Of a stretch of DNA of 64,000 nucleotides, positions 1-10,785 are shown piece by piece. The position numbers and the translations under genes were made by a program. The notes under the pieces are model-generated. The model searched no databases. It was not told the DNA's origin and saw only the letters and a program-made list of their open reading frames with translations. The stretch is taken from positions 1 to 64,000 of the forward strand of contig NIVC01003738.1 of the NCBI GenBank assembly GCA_002269645.1, given 5' to 3'. This DNA is from Macrostomum lignano. Lineage: Eukaryota. How positions within the stretch are numbered: position 1 is the stretch's first letter; every line of letters begins with the position of its first letter.

Positions 1-3000
1 AGAGTTGCCAAGGTTTCTAGCATTCAGGAGGATCCTTCTTTACTAACAATGAAATTAAAAATGTCGATCAATTCTTAACATTCAGAATGATGATGAGAAA
101 TGCTTCCTCTGGTGTGTATTAGCTGTTAAACATCCACAAAATAAAGATGGTTATCGAGTGTCAAAATATAAACCATATGAAAAAGAACTTAATCTCACCG
201 ATATCCAATTCCCCATGAGAATAAAAGATATAAAAAAGTTTGAAAGACTAAATGAAGAGTTTGCTGTTAATGTGCTGTATTATGAAGGTAAATTCCCAGA
301 TACACTACAACATCTCTATGTCTCACCTCATAATCAACGAACTTATGTAGTAGATTTACTATACCTGGAGGAAGATGGTAACACTCATTATTGTCTGATA
401 AAAAATCTTACAACATTAGTTTCAAAACAAACTGGAAAGCGTGTAAATCACAAGTCATTTTTATGCAGAACATGCATGACTGTTTACACAAGTGAAAACG
501 TGTTGGCCGAGCACTCAAGGTTGTGCGGTAAAAATGCCCGGTCTTTATAAATTACCTAAGGAAGAATCGAAGCTGAAATTTAAGAATCATATATTCAAAC
601 TAAAGCTACCCATCGCTATCTATGCTGACTTTGAAGCAACAACTGAACCCATTGAAGCACAAAGTAAAAGCTTCACTAAGATTTTAGACAAAGAGTCATA
701 TACTCTAAAAGTAGCAAATCAGAACGCAATAGCTTACGGTTTTTATATCCATTCTGAGTTACCCAAGGTAATTAAATCGAAGTATGAAGGATATTGTGGC
801 ACAGATGCCAAGGAAAAATATGTTGATAGAATGGTTGAAATTTATCAACAAATTAAGAATGGTCTGAAGGAGCCTAAGCATATTAATCATAATTTGACAT
901 CGCAAGAGGAGGCTTCTTTCTGTAAGGCTAAACAATGCTACATATGCGAGGAGTTTGATATGGTTCCAGATATGAAGGTGCATGTGAAGGAAATTGACAG
1001 TAAAGTTACTATAGAATCTTGGTGCAAAAAATGTCTGAACAAGAGCAATAATATAAGTAAATATAAGATCACAAAGCAACAATGGAAAGAGTTTTACAGG
1101 GCTGAAAAATGTGCGAATTGTAAAAATGACTTTACACTTAAGCTAGGTAGTAAGAGAACATTGTCACTATAGTGGCAAATATAGAGGGGCTGCCTGTAAA
1201 TCCTGCAATGCTCTCGAGAGTAAGAAGCGAGTAATCCCAATCTACTTCCAGAATGGATCCCACTATGACTTTCACTTCTTAGTGACACACTTAAAGAGCA
1301 AAGAGACCATGGAGGATAAATTATTTCCTCCACTATCTAAAACTTCTGAAGAGTACATTTCTCTCGAGTTTGGATGTAACAAAGTAGTACTGAGGTTCCT
1401 AGATTCATACAGGTTCTTGGCTTCCTCGCTGGATATCTGCGCAAAGTCCCTGAAGGATGAAGACTTCATCATAACAAAGAAATACTTTAAAAACGACAGC
1501 GATTTTCAATATGTTAAGCGCAAGGGTGTATCCCATATGAGTATATCAGAAGCTTTGGAAGATTAGCAGAAACTGAGTTACCACCATTGAAAGAGTTTTA
1601 CTCGAGGTTGAAAGGTGAAGACATTTCTTCAGATGAATATGATTTTGCAAAACAAATGTGGAAAACTTTTATTGTAAGAATTTGGAGGATTATATGATGC
1701 TGTATCTTAAGGTTGACGTTCTATTATTAGCAGATGTATTCGAACGCTATAGAACATTCTTCCTGAAACACTTTGAGATTGATCCAGCCAGATGCTTCTC
1801 AGCACCAGGATTGAGTTGGAATGCTGGGTTGAAGAAAAGTAAAGTTGAGTTAGACTTGCTGGCGGATATCGATATGATTCATATGATTGATAGTGGAATA
1901 AGAGGTGGATTTAGCGGAGTTCTAGGGTCACGATATGTAAAGGCAAATAATCCTTATCTTCCAGGCTATGATTTAGAAAAACCAACTTCCTACTTACTTT
2001 ACGTTGATTGTACAAATCTCTATGGTTATAGTATGTTGGAACCCCTTCCTTTTTCTGACTTTAAATGGGAAGCTGATTCCAACTATTATAAAAATCCTCC
2101 TGAAGGACGGGGCTGTCTTGTTGAATGTGATCTTGAATATACAAAAGAATCAAAAAAGAAAACGTATGCCTTCCCATTAGCACCTGAAAGTACAACTGTG
2201 TCAGAAAGTGAATTGAGTGAATATCAGAAAGGATGTCTAGAAGTCGAAATGAAAAAGATTGGAAAAGTTCCTAAATTGATCCTTAATTTAAAAAATAAAA
2301 CAAAATATATCGTACATCATAAGCTATTGCGATTCTATGAAGAGATGGGCTTGAAAGTGACAAAAGTACATAGGACGATTTCATTCAATGAAAAGCCATG
2401 GTTAAAGGAGTATATCGAGTTTAATACGATAGAAAGAAAGAAGGCAAAAGAAGCAAAAATTGAGTTCGAAGACAATCAGTTCAAAATGCTTAATGTAAGC
2501 ATCTTTGGCAAGACAATGGAGGATGTTAAAAAGAGAAAGCGATTTGAGTTGCTGACAAGTGAGGATGAGATATCTAAGATAATATCCAAGCCAGATTTCA
2601 TAGACTTCAAAATCTTCAATGAAAATCTAATTTGCATTCACCAGCGACCTAAGAATATCCCTCTTGGAACAAAGCCAACATACGCTGGACAAGCAATTCT
2701 GGATCTCTCGAAATTGCATATGTATGAAACATTTTACAAAGTTTTCAAGTCCAAATGGGGGGATAATGTTGAGATTGTTACCTCTGACACCGACTCATTC
2801 ATTCTTCATATAAAGACAGAAAATATTTATAAAGACATTGCTCAGATGAAGGAGCATTTCGATTTGTCGCTGTATAAAAAATTTTCCGATTGATTTACAT
2901 GATATGATAATTGTGGAAAGCTGGGAACATTCAAGGATGAATTGGCAAAATATGATTGCATAATGACAGAAGTAACCGCTCTAAGATCGAAAGCATATTC

Positions 3001-3280
3001 ATTTAAAACAGTTTATGTCAGCACTCAAAAGGAAGGGAAGGAAGAGAAAAAATTAAAGGGAATCTCAAAGTCAACAGTGAAGCATCATGTACAATATGAT
3101 GACTATAGAAATATACTACTTGATTATAACGAACCAGTCTATAGGAAAGTGTATAGCCTTAGATCAGACAAGCATAACATGACTTTAATAGAACAAAATA
3201 AGAAGGCTATTAGTCCTTTCGATGACAAAAGATACATTGAATCCAATGGAATTATAACACATCCTCATGGATTCAAATAA
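1..3280 (+). CDS. polB: Protein-primed family B DNA polymerase, split by frameshifts (ORFs 158-550, 492-1172, 1282-1566, 1658-2893, 2942-3280); starts upstream of the window
   Basis: N-terminal NIQNDDEKCFLWC, ExoI IYADFE, EndoVII-like HYSGKYRGAACKSCN (~1165-1210), ExoIII YLKVDVLLLADVFE, polymerase motifs YVDCTNLYGYSM, KMLNVSIFGKTME and SDTDS. Confidence 0.95.
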
Positions 3281-3282
3281 GT

Positions 3283-3588
3283 TTAAAAAACCAAACAATT
3301 CAATTGCTTAAGAAGTTTCTTGCGCTGATCATTAAACTCAACATACTTCCTGATCTCTTTTATTTTTTTAACTAACTTGTCGATTTCATCTTCAATAAAT
3401 GCTTCTGCAAAAACAATAGCAGTTTCAAGAAAACATTTGCGATCACTTAATTTATCAATATATCCATAATCCGGTTCTATTATTCCACGATGTGTATGCA
3501 CCACCCTAAAGTTATTTATTTGTATTTCTCTATCAATGCGCTTTATTTCATCTTGGTATGCATTTAGGAGAACTTTTATTGCAGCCAT
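3283..3588 (-). CDS. Hypothetical viral protein, 101 aa
   Basis: Intact ORF convergent with polB, AAAATG start context; no motif recognised. Confidence 0.6.
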   Translation of the reverse strand: MAAIKVLLNAYQDEIKRIDREIQINNFRVVHTHRGIIEPDYGYIDKLSDRKCFLETAIVFAEAFIEDEIDKLVKKIKEIRKYVEFNDQRKKLLKQLNCLVF

Positions 3589-3613
3589 TTTCTAGAAAAA
3601 AAATTATACAATA

Positions 3614-4354
3614 TTAATTGTAGGGAGGTGCACTTGGAGCATTTGATTGAAGATTGAGTGTTGCCGGGTACTCTTTTGGCTTATCAGCTAGACCCAATTT
3701 TTCTCTCAGATCTTTTTCTAGTAATTCCTTTTTAATTTTTTCCTTCGCTGAATGACCAAGTCTACTCTCTTTGAGGATTTTATCAACGACTTCCGAATGG
3801 TTAACTTCTTCAGGCGCAACACAGGCGTCTAACAATTGATCTCTTTTTTCTCTGTATTCTGAATAAATTGCAGCAGCTGCTTGAACCTCTTCAAGAGTTA
3901 ATCTATAATCATCAACTGCTTTTTGGGAGTAAATATACAATCTCTCTCTGTATTGATTTGCCAGATCTCTGAGAAAAATGTATTTTGCCTTCTGCTTTTG
4001 GCAATGAATTTTCACAGTTGCAAACAACGACGTGGATTTTACAGCTTCAAAACCACTCATTGCCCCGATTACTACTCCAATAACTAAGGGATTCAATGTC
4101 AGTATCGATGTTGCTATGCCAATTCCTGTAGCAGCCAAGAGACTTACATTTCCTGTCACAATGTTGATCCAATTTATCCTGCTACTTTGCCGTTTGTACT
4201 TTTTTACCTTTTTGCTATAAATTGTAAGATCTTTAGTAATGCATTCAATACTGCCTTTGATTTCACCCTTTCTCTGATTGAAATAGTCCCGCTCCCTCAA
4301 ATCTGCTTCATGCAGCTCAACCACAGGATAGATGTGTTCATTTTTTTCATTCAT
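3614..4354 (-). CDS. Viral coiled-coil protein with a central hydrophobic (TM-like) segment; probably its own gene starting MNEKNEH
   Basis: ATG at 4354 in the element's TAAAAATG context; hydrophobic stretch VSLLAATGIGIATSILTLNPLVIGVVIGAM. The track ORF 3614-4942 joins it to the upstream gene through a frameshift near 4450. Confidence 0.7.
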   Translation of the reverse strand: MNEKNEHIYPVVELHEADLRERDYFNQRKGEIKGSIECITKDLTIYSKKVKKYKRQSSRINWINIVTGNVSLLAATGIGIATSILTLNPLVIGVVIGAMSGFEAVKSTSLFATVKIHCQKQKAKYIFLRDLANQYRERLYIYSQKAVDDYRLTLEEVQAAAAIYSEYREKRDQLLDACVAPEEVNHSEVVDKILKESRLGHSAKEKIKKELLEKDLREKLGLADKPKEYPATLNLQSNAPSAPPYN

Positions 4355-4373
4355 TTTTATGTGGCGATTATGT

Positions 4374-5760
4374 CTAAAATCGGATAAAGTTGAAAGCCTG
4401 AAACAATAAGAACGTTGATCCTTCAGTGGCTGAATTAATATGCACTCTATAACAGAGAATTTTTCGGTGGAAGCTACTTCAAAATATTTCATGACTCCAG
4501 GAACTAAACCAGCGTTTTCGGTAGAAAAAATATTCCTAAAGTCTCTCTTGTTATTGCTCCCTTTCAGAATAAAACTTTTTGGTTGATTTTTTATAATTTC
4601 ACTACCTACTGCTTTGGTTCCTTTCAATCCGAATTTCCAAATTTGAATAGACTCGGGAAGTTGTACTTCAATGTAAGAATTGGGTTCATTCCTCGATGCC
4701 CATTCTGAATTAGATACTATATAACCCCAATTATCTGACGTTTCAAATGCTCCTGATGACGCTACATTGAAACCCCTTTCTCTATAGTTTTGACGTGTTG
4801 CTAGTGAGGGAATATATCCTGTATAAGATTTGAAACCTAGTCCCCGCCTTAGTCGCAGCTCCACTGATTCAAGTGCATTGTCTACGTATAGCTTTGGTAC
4901 AGCTTGAAGTCTATCTATAGGCCACACTAAATCATTAACCACTGTTTGTCTCTCAAGTAATTCAACTTTTGTAAGCTTTACGGAACCAGAAAAATTAAGA
5001 GAATAATGGAAATAATATGAGGGATTGGGTATTTTTTTCCTAAGATGTGCATTGCCCTTCGTAGTTCAATGGGTGCACTTTGTTCAACAGGTGTCCAGTT
5101 TGTTCCATTTAGGCTCACACTAACAGACCAACCAGGCCACACCTCTCCTTCCAACTTTATCTCTACAACTTTCCTAGCTCTTTTCAAAATTGAAATCGTA
5201 TCCACTTGTCTGAGTCATCTACACTGCTCCAATCTGAAGCTGGGTTTGAATCTGCAACATGATATGCTGCTGAAGAGTTATGAGAAGCGGTCACTTTCAT
5301 GTCAGAATGGGAAGCGTTTGAAGTCAGTAATGAAAGAATATTGACTAATTTCGAACTCTCTGTACCTCCCGCAGTACCTTGCCTTTCTGCTAACAAAGTG
5401 TCAATCTCAGTTTTAGAATACATCTTAGTGTCAATCTCAGTTTTAGAATACATCTTAGTGTCAATCAGTTTTAGAATACATCTTAGTGTCAGTTTCGGTT
5501 TTTGTGTAGACATTGTTTACGCGCCCATGAGCATCGTCAATTAATTGTAGCATGGTGATATTCATTGCGTCACTATCTTCCTTTGAATAAGAGTCTGAAA
5601 CATTTCTCTTTGCTAACAATAAATTATCTATTTCCTCTCTCTTATATCCTTCATTTTCATTGATGTATCGATCATCAGCTAACGCTATTGTTATTCCAGG
5701 TGCTATATCATTTGAATTTGACGAGTAACCAAATTGATTGGCAGTATTCTTGTAACTCAT
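4374..5760 (-). CDS. Fibre/receptor-binding-like protein with YxKxExD repeats and two discoidin (F5/8 type C)-like domains, frameshifted
   Basis: Joining frames 5461-5760, 5184-5513, 4978-5205 and the 5' part of 3614-4942 gives YKREEID/YSKEDSD/YTKTETD/YSKTEID repeats and AVPKLYVD. Two discoidin-like segments: WSS..DKWIRFQF..SVSLNGTNW, and WAS..NSYIEVQLP..PKSFILKGSN..YRVHINS. Confidence 0.6.
5399..5490. repeat. 30-bp coding tandem repeat (~3 copies, DTKMYSKTEI)
   Basis: Unit GTGTCAATCTCAGTTTTAGAATACATCTTA; the third copy lacks 2 bp, which causes the frameshift. Confidence 0.85.
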
Positions 5761-6188
5761 TTTAATTGCTGCAAAATTTCATTATAGCTATCTCCTTTAT
5801 CGATTCGGTGTAAAAAGTACAGCGACATTTGACCACAAAATTTCTTATCAAAAGTTTGAATTTGTTCTTCCATGTCTCCACATATTCTATTCTTTGTGTG
5901 ATTAAACTTTTCCATAATTTCCAGTGTGGGCGGTAGTGCATAGGAATCAAAAAAATAAACCTTATCAGGAGCTGAAAATATAGCTGAATGATGTATACCC
6001 CGTTCTTTCGAAGTGTGAATATTTGTCATAAAGTAACCATACTGTGGTAAATCAACAATTTCATCTCTCATGGCATAGCGAAATGGTTTTAACTTGAGAT
6101 ATTTTGCCCAATTTATCAGATCAATATTAGTCGTAGTGTCAGTCCCAAACTTTTGTTTAAATGCATTCCATGTCTCAGCTTCGCTCAT
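5757..6188 (-). CDS. Adenain-like cysteine (maturation) protease
   Basis: GIHH..YFFDSYALPP..QIQTFDKKFCG matches the adenoviral protease His/Asp/Gln-Cys arrangement; TAAAAATG start at 6188. Confidence 0.88.
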   Translation of the reverse strand: MSEAETWNAFKQKFGTDTTTNIDLINWAKYLKLKPFRYAMRDEIVDLPQYGYFMTNIHTSKERGIHHSAIFSAPDKVYFFDSYALPPTLEIMEKFNHTKNRICGDMEEQIQTFDKKFCGQMSLYFLHRIDKGDSYNEILQQLK

Positions 6189-6197
6189 TTTTAACAC

Positions 6198-6987
6198 TCA
6201 TATTTGTCGTACGTGTAGATTTATAAATATTTCCTCGCCATCAAAGTCGTATAGAACACCAGACTCATCTTCGATGACAAAGTCGAATGTGCTCAACATG
6301 TTTGTAGTTAGTGGTAGGTACACAGGATTTGCAGGCTCTTGAATAATTTTACTTCCCATTGGGACAGAGAACGATGGAATTGAAAGAAGTATTTGCTTAT
6401 CAATTAAATGATTTCCATTAGCTGGATCAGTGATAAACCCCCTTTGATATTTAGACAACGAACCATGATCGCACTTCTAGCTCCGTCTATCCGAGCTGGA
6501 TTTGGAGCTCTCTCAAATGGTTTCAAATACACTTCCGAATTGAATCCCAACAGTCTTCTAAAGTTATTGGAATGTGCATCCCTGAAATCAACTTGATATC
6601 TGTGGCTAACCGTAACTCAACTCTACGCGTGTCTAGGCTTGCACTGAAAACAATAGCCCCCTCTTTCCAATCATTTGCAGCTGTTAGCAATCTTTGAATC
6701 TCGCTTGACAGACTTTTAACTTCCCAAGATCCCGCTTGAATCTTTATTTTTTTCCATGTTCTACCACTATCCCTCGAGTATCGCAACTCATTATTGCCTC
6801 CTTCAATATTGTTAATAGCATCAAAGACTGCAAACTTTTTTATACCAGCTTCGTATTCTCGATCTTCATACAAATTTATCGGAGTGCCTAGAGTTTGTCG
6901 AAATGGGTTTTTAATTGAAAAGAAGTCAAATGTGCGTTGAAACTTTTTACTCAAGAGGATGTTGACTTTTTCTATTTCTTTTTCCAT
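6198..6987 (-). CDS. Minor capsid protein (penton), two 1-bp deletions
   Basis: Restoring the frame near 6597 and 6460 gives VELRLATD-QVDFRD..RRLLGFN..SKYQRGFI..EPANPVYLPL..IEDESGVLYDFDGEEIFINLHVRQI, typical of Polinton pentons. Confidence 0.8.
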
Positions 6988-6989
6988 TT

Positions 6990-7721
6990 TTAAGCAAGTA
7001 ATTCTGCTAGCTCTTTATCAACATTGTTATGTCCCTCTGCTTTTGCGGCTAGTAATGTCAACACTCTTTCACTGAGTCCAGATCCCGGTTTTACTCGATA
7101 TCCTGGTGGATTATCTTTCAATATCCTTACTGCTTGCTTATAATTCCCACTTGATTTGGCCGCTGGATTTTTACAATGTTCAATGAGGTTAACATAATCC
7201 TGCAATGTTTGCATCTTGAATTGCTTCAGCTCTTCACCATTTTCAGTTACTTTAGGCATTTTGAACAACTCTTCAAGATCTTCAGAAAATGGCATTCGGA
7301 ATTCGTTGACAATGATGTCTCGACCTTGTTCATGGAATTCAACATCTATTACAGATGATCCAAATATATATCCAGCATCAGTTTTTTGAATCCGTATACT
7401 AGGCGCTGGTCTTTGAGTTATTGGAATCTTTCCAATTTCTTCAATTATTTTGTCAAATACTTCCAGGGGTTCAAATCGGCCTTTTGGTGTACTTGATTGC
7501 GGAACTGGAACTTTTTGATTCTGAAGTTTATCAACAAGGTTGGCATTGACATCAATAAATTCATCGAGCTTTTCTGTGACAGGTTTTTGAGCTAATGGAG
7601 CCACTCTTGCATATAAACTCTCTTCTCCAATTTTCAAATAGCGTTGAGCATCATTTCTGGATTTGTACGTTTCTCGCTGCTTTGCTAAATTAATGAGTTC
7701 TCTTATATATTCATTAGTCAT
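6990..7721 (-). CDS. Conserved Polinton/adintovirus-type virion protein of unknown function (C-terminal LLAAKAEGHNNVDKELAELL helix)
   Basis: Intact 243-aa ORF between penton and ATPase; the C-terminus resembles the LL.s..aGn...Ei..il.eL motif of Polinton accessory proteins. Confidence 0.6.
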   Translation of the reverse strand: MTNEYIRELINLAKQRETYKSRNDAQRYLKIGEESLYARVAPLAQKPVTEKLDEFIDVNANLVDKLQNQKVPVPQSSTPKGRFEPLEVFDKIIEEIGKIPITQRPAPSIRIQKTDAGYIFGSSVIDVEFHEQGRDIIVNEFRMPFSEDLEELFKMPKVTENGEELKQFKMQTLQDYVNLIEHCKNPAAKSSGNYKQAVRILKDNPPGYRVKPGSGLSERVLTLLAAKAEGHNNVDKELAELLA

Positions 7722-7723
7722 TT

Positions 7724-8497
7724 TTACAATGGGATTTTAGTTAGAACATCCTTATACAAATCTTGCTCATCCTCATCAGCTCTTGTATTTATATAGATAT
7801 AGCCATACTTCTTTTTCCAAGCCTCTCTACATTTAGCCTTGAATATAGCGGGTTCATAATTCGTTTCTATATTTCTAGCAATGTGATTTAAGTTTGTATC
7901 TTTTTGTTTAAAGATTATGTAACATGTCGTATTCTCCCTGACAGTATTGCGATCTAGTTTGGTAAAATTTTGAGCTAGATAAAAACCACAACAGTTTCCA
8001 TGCCTGCCTCTCTGAAACAGACTTTCCTGAAATGTTTGATTAGCCTCTCCCAAAACATCATCCAATATCACACATGTCTTTAGTCCATTATGAAAAATTT
8101 CTTCATTTGGAGTATGGGAAAGAGTGACAGGAATTTTCTCTATTACTTCTGAATTTTCTGATGTGCTTTGCACTCGACCAGGGTTGGCTGCCTCTCGACA
8201 AATATGTCTAATATCTTCAGGAGATGCATCCTCACTCACCTGGTAGACATGATAGAGTGAGTTGATAAGAGAAGGTGGGAGACCATTTTCAAAGCCATAT
8301 TTTAGAAACTGATACTCTGGATCCATTTGAGATGCTCTGGGAACATATAAAACTAACTCATTAAAGTCAACTAGTTTTTCAGGACTTGTAAGAATATGGA
8401 ATAGTAAATATGTTTTACCCGTATTTGTAGCGCCGATAATACAACATAAAAGAGGATTAGGGAAAATAGGATCATGCTGAAATTTTACTTTGGGCAT
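7724..8497 (-). CDS. Genome-packaging ATPase (A32/FtsK-like)
   Basis: Walker A GATNTGKT, Walker B CVILDD, RGRH..YLAQ..VRENTT motif. Confidence 0.92.
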   Translation of the reverse strand: MPKVKFQHDPIFPNPLLCCIIGATNTGKTYLLFHILTSPEKLVDFNELVLYVPRASQMDPEYQFLKYGFENGLPPSLINSLYHVYQVSEDASPEDIRHICREAANPGRVQSTSENSEVIEKIPVTLSHTPNEEIFHNGLKTCVILDDVLGEANQTFQESLFQRGRHGNCCGFYLAQNFTKLDRNTVRENTTCYIIFKQKDTNLNHIARNIETNYEPAIFKAKCREAWKKKYGYIYINTRADEDEQDLYKDVLTKIPL

Positions 8498-8518
8498 TTA
8501 AAAAAAGAAAAAATGACC

Positions 8519-9882
8519 TTATTCGACGCGGGTCATTTGATATTCACTGGTAACTTTTATTACATTCTTTGTTTGTTCAAGAATTAGTGCAAAAGCAGTC
8601 AGCTCAACATTTGTTGACTTCTTGATAAATAATTGAATATTCACTCCACTCTTGACCAGAAACTCATCTTGAGCTGTTAGATCAAAGCAAAAGATTGGAT
8701 AGATGGTTAGAAAGTCTTGTTTATTGAATGGAGGAGTTACACCGAAACGGCTGCAGATGTCTTCGTACATTTCATACGCTCTGTGAATGTCTTGAGCTAC
8801 TGGATCAATTTCAACATAATCATTCGGATACATCACCTGATTTAATCTGACTTGAAGCTGGGTTATTTTCACTGCATTTGCTCCAGTTTTGTAAGACACA
8901 TACTTGTGATCATTAACTATATATGATGGGTTGTTTACGTCATATTTGAAAGCTACAAAGATTGCAAGTGGCATATTGGAGATGTTGGCTATGTTCCATG
9001 TATATGGACTTCCTTGAATGAGTTGTGGCGGAACCGTTACCCTCTCTGGAAATGATACTGTAATGTCCTTGTTGAGTGATTTTAGAAAAGCTGCTTCAGC
9101 ACTGGGTGACAAAGTAATAGCAGGGATCCAAATCTCAAAGCTATTAATAGTTAACTTAGCTTCCGTCCCGGCAGCTCCAAAGAAAATTTCAGCATCGTTA
9201 GTCTTTCTTGTCCATGTGAATTTATATTTAATTCCTTTGCTAATCTTCTGCCAATCAAGGAACCCAATGAGAGGTGTTAATGATAGTTTGATTGTTCCAC
9301 CTCTGTTTGGAGCATTAGTGACATTGTTATAATTTTCAAGCCTCCTAATGTATCCAGTATTCGAATCCTTCTTATTGAGTCTATTTTTCATAGCGATTGC
9401 TGCAGTTCTCACAGCTTCAGCATCTGCGTTGTTTGCTAGAGTATATCAGAAACAGTCCCAGCATCTCCAGTGTCTGGAATCCATCCGTATGCTTCTCCAA
9501 CTTCATTCATTAATTTTGAGTACATTACGGACTTTAAGATTGTGTCATACTCTCCAGGATCATTATAGACTTTCTTTGTTCCTCCAATGTCAACTATGAG
9601 TTGAGAGAAAAGTCTCATAGGCCAATTATGTTCTAGAGTAATGTTCGTATTCAAGTCGGTGTTATCTCGTTGTGTTATTGAGTATTTTATACAACCGAAT
9701 GCCTCTGACATGAGAATGTATGACTCTGTTGAATTGACTTCATGAACTATTTGACCTCCTGCAACATTGAGATTATTAGTGCTACCTGTTGTTGGAGAAA
9801 TCTTAATATAGTCTTCTTTCTTTTTGAAAAAGCTAAAAGTTTTGTCCTCATATATGCTCAGTATATCCTTTTTGTTCTCCAT
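8519..9882 (-). CDS. Major capsid protein (double jelly-roll), one 1-bp deletion near 9440
   Basis: ORFs 9436-9882 and 8519-9412 join as DI-T-LANNADAEAVRTAA (~450 aa). Capsid-like motifs LEHNWPMRLFSQ, FDLTAQ, PLAIFVAF; typical size and position. Confidence 0.85.
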
Positions 9883-9902
9883 TTTTATAAGAGAAATTTC
9901 AA

Positions 9903-10354
9903 CTAAGCTTCATGAGGTCTAAGAATTATCCCATTACCCTGTTTCTCCTTTTCAACTTTAAACGTCTTTAGCAGCCACTTGACTGCTTCGCTGGGTACTT
10001 GTTCGACTCTTTTAGCCGCATCAACTAATACTCCACTCCCTTGAGCCTTTTTCAACTCTTCTAGTTTTTGCCGTTCAATGCTTTCTATTGTCTTATTATT
10101 TTAGCATTGTTGGCTGTATTAACACTTTTTGCAATCATTGTACCAACTCCTGAGGCTGCTCCGATACCACCCAAAATTGCTGGTAGTAAGCCTAATAGAG
10201 GAATTATTCCACCTTCATGTTCTTTCTGTTTCTCTTGCAATTCTCGAATCTTCTCTTTAGAAAGATATTGCTTTTGCTTATTTACAGTAACATATCTTGG
10301 TTTTCCCTCTCGAACATATCGATTGAGTCTTGCTTCAGTGTTTTTCTCGCTCAT
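9903..10354 (-). CDS. pX/Mu-like basic core protein, one 1-bp deletion near 10095
   Basis: GGIIPLLGLLPAILGGIGAASGV resembles adenovirus pX (GGFLPxLIPxIAAAIGA). The shifted frame continues IERQKLEELKKAQGSGVL..QGNGIILRPHEA to a stop at 9903. Confidence 0.65.
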
Positions 10355-10362
10355 TTTTAAGG

Positions 10363-10785
10363 TCAGAATTTCTTCAAACCATTGCCTTGTCTCAAAGACA
10401 CTTGAGACTGTTCTGCTGTTCCTAGAGCCTTTTTAACAATATCTTGAATAGCCTTATTTGATTGAGAAGCTATCTGTTGCTCTTCTTCCATTCTTTTCTT
10501 TGCTTCTTTATCTCTACGTTTCTTTTTAATATATTCCAGTTCCTCACCTGCTTTAGACATGTCACTGTATGATTTCTTCGCATCGAATATGTTCTTCGCT
10601 GTGGTAGCTGTTTTACCTATTGCATCAGCTCCACTCACAATTTTACTTCCATGATTTGATAAAAAGTTTGTGACACCACTGATCATATCACCAATTCCTT
10701 CACCCTCTTTATCAGCTAGTAGTTGTGAATCAGACGTTTCAATCTGACCTTTCGCCCGTTTGCAGTTTGTTCGATAGGCGCTCAT
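10363..10785 (-). CDS. Putative virion core/membrane-active protein (MSAYRT..)
   Basis: TAAAAATG start at 10785; EGEG-IGDMISGVTNFL amphipathic segment and a Lys/Glu-rich coiled tail. Confidence 0.6.
   Translation of the reverse strand: MSAYRTNCKRAKGQIETSDSQLLADKEGEGIGDMISGVTNFLSNHGSKIVSGADAIGKTATTAKNIFDAKKSYSDMSKAGEELEYIKKKRRDKEAKKRMEEEQQIASQSNKAIQDIVKKALGTAEQSQVSLRQGNGLKKF

Noticed and set aside
3614-4942. Single 442-aa discoidin-TM fusion protein as given by the ORF track
   Set aside because: A 1-bp deletion near 4450 joins two genes: the upstream frame ends at a TAG at 4374 and the downstream gene has its own TAAAAATG at 4354.
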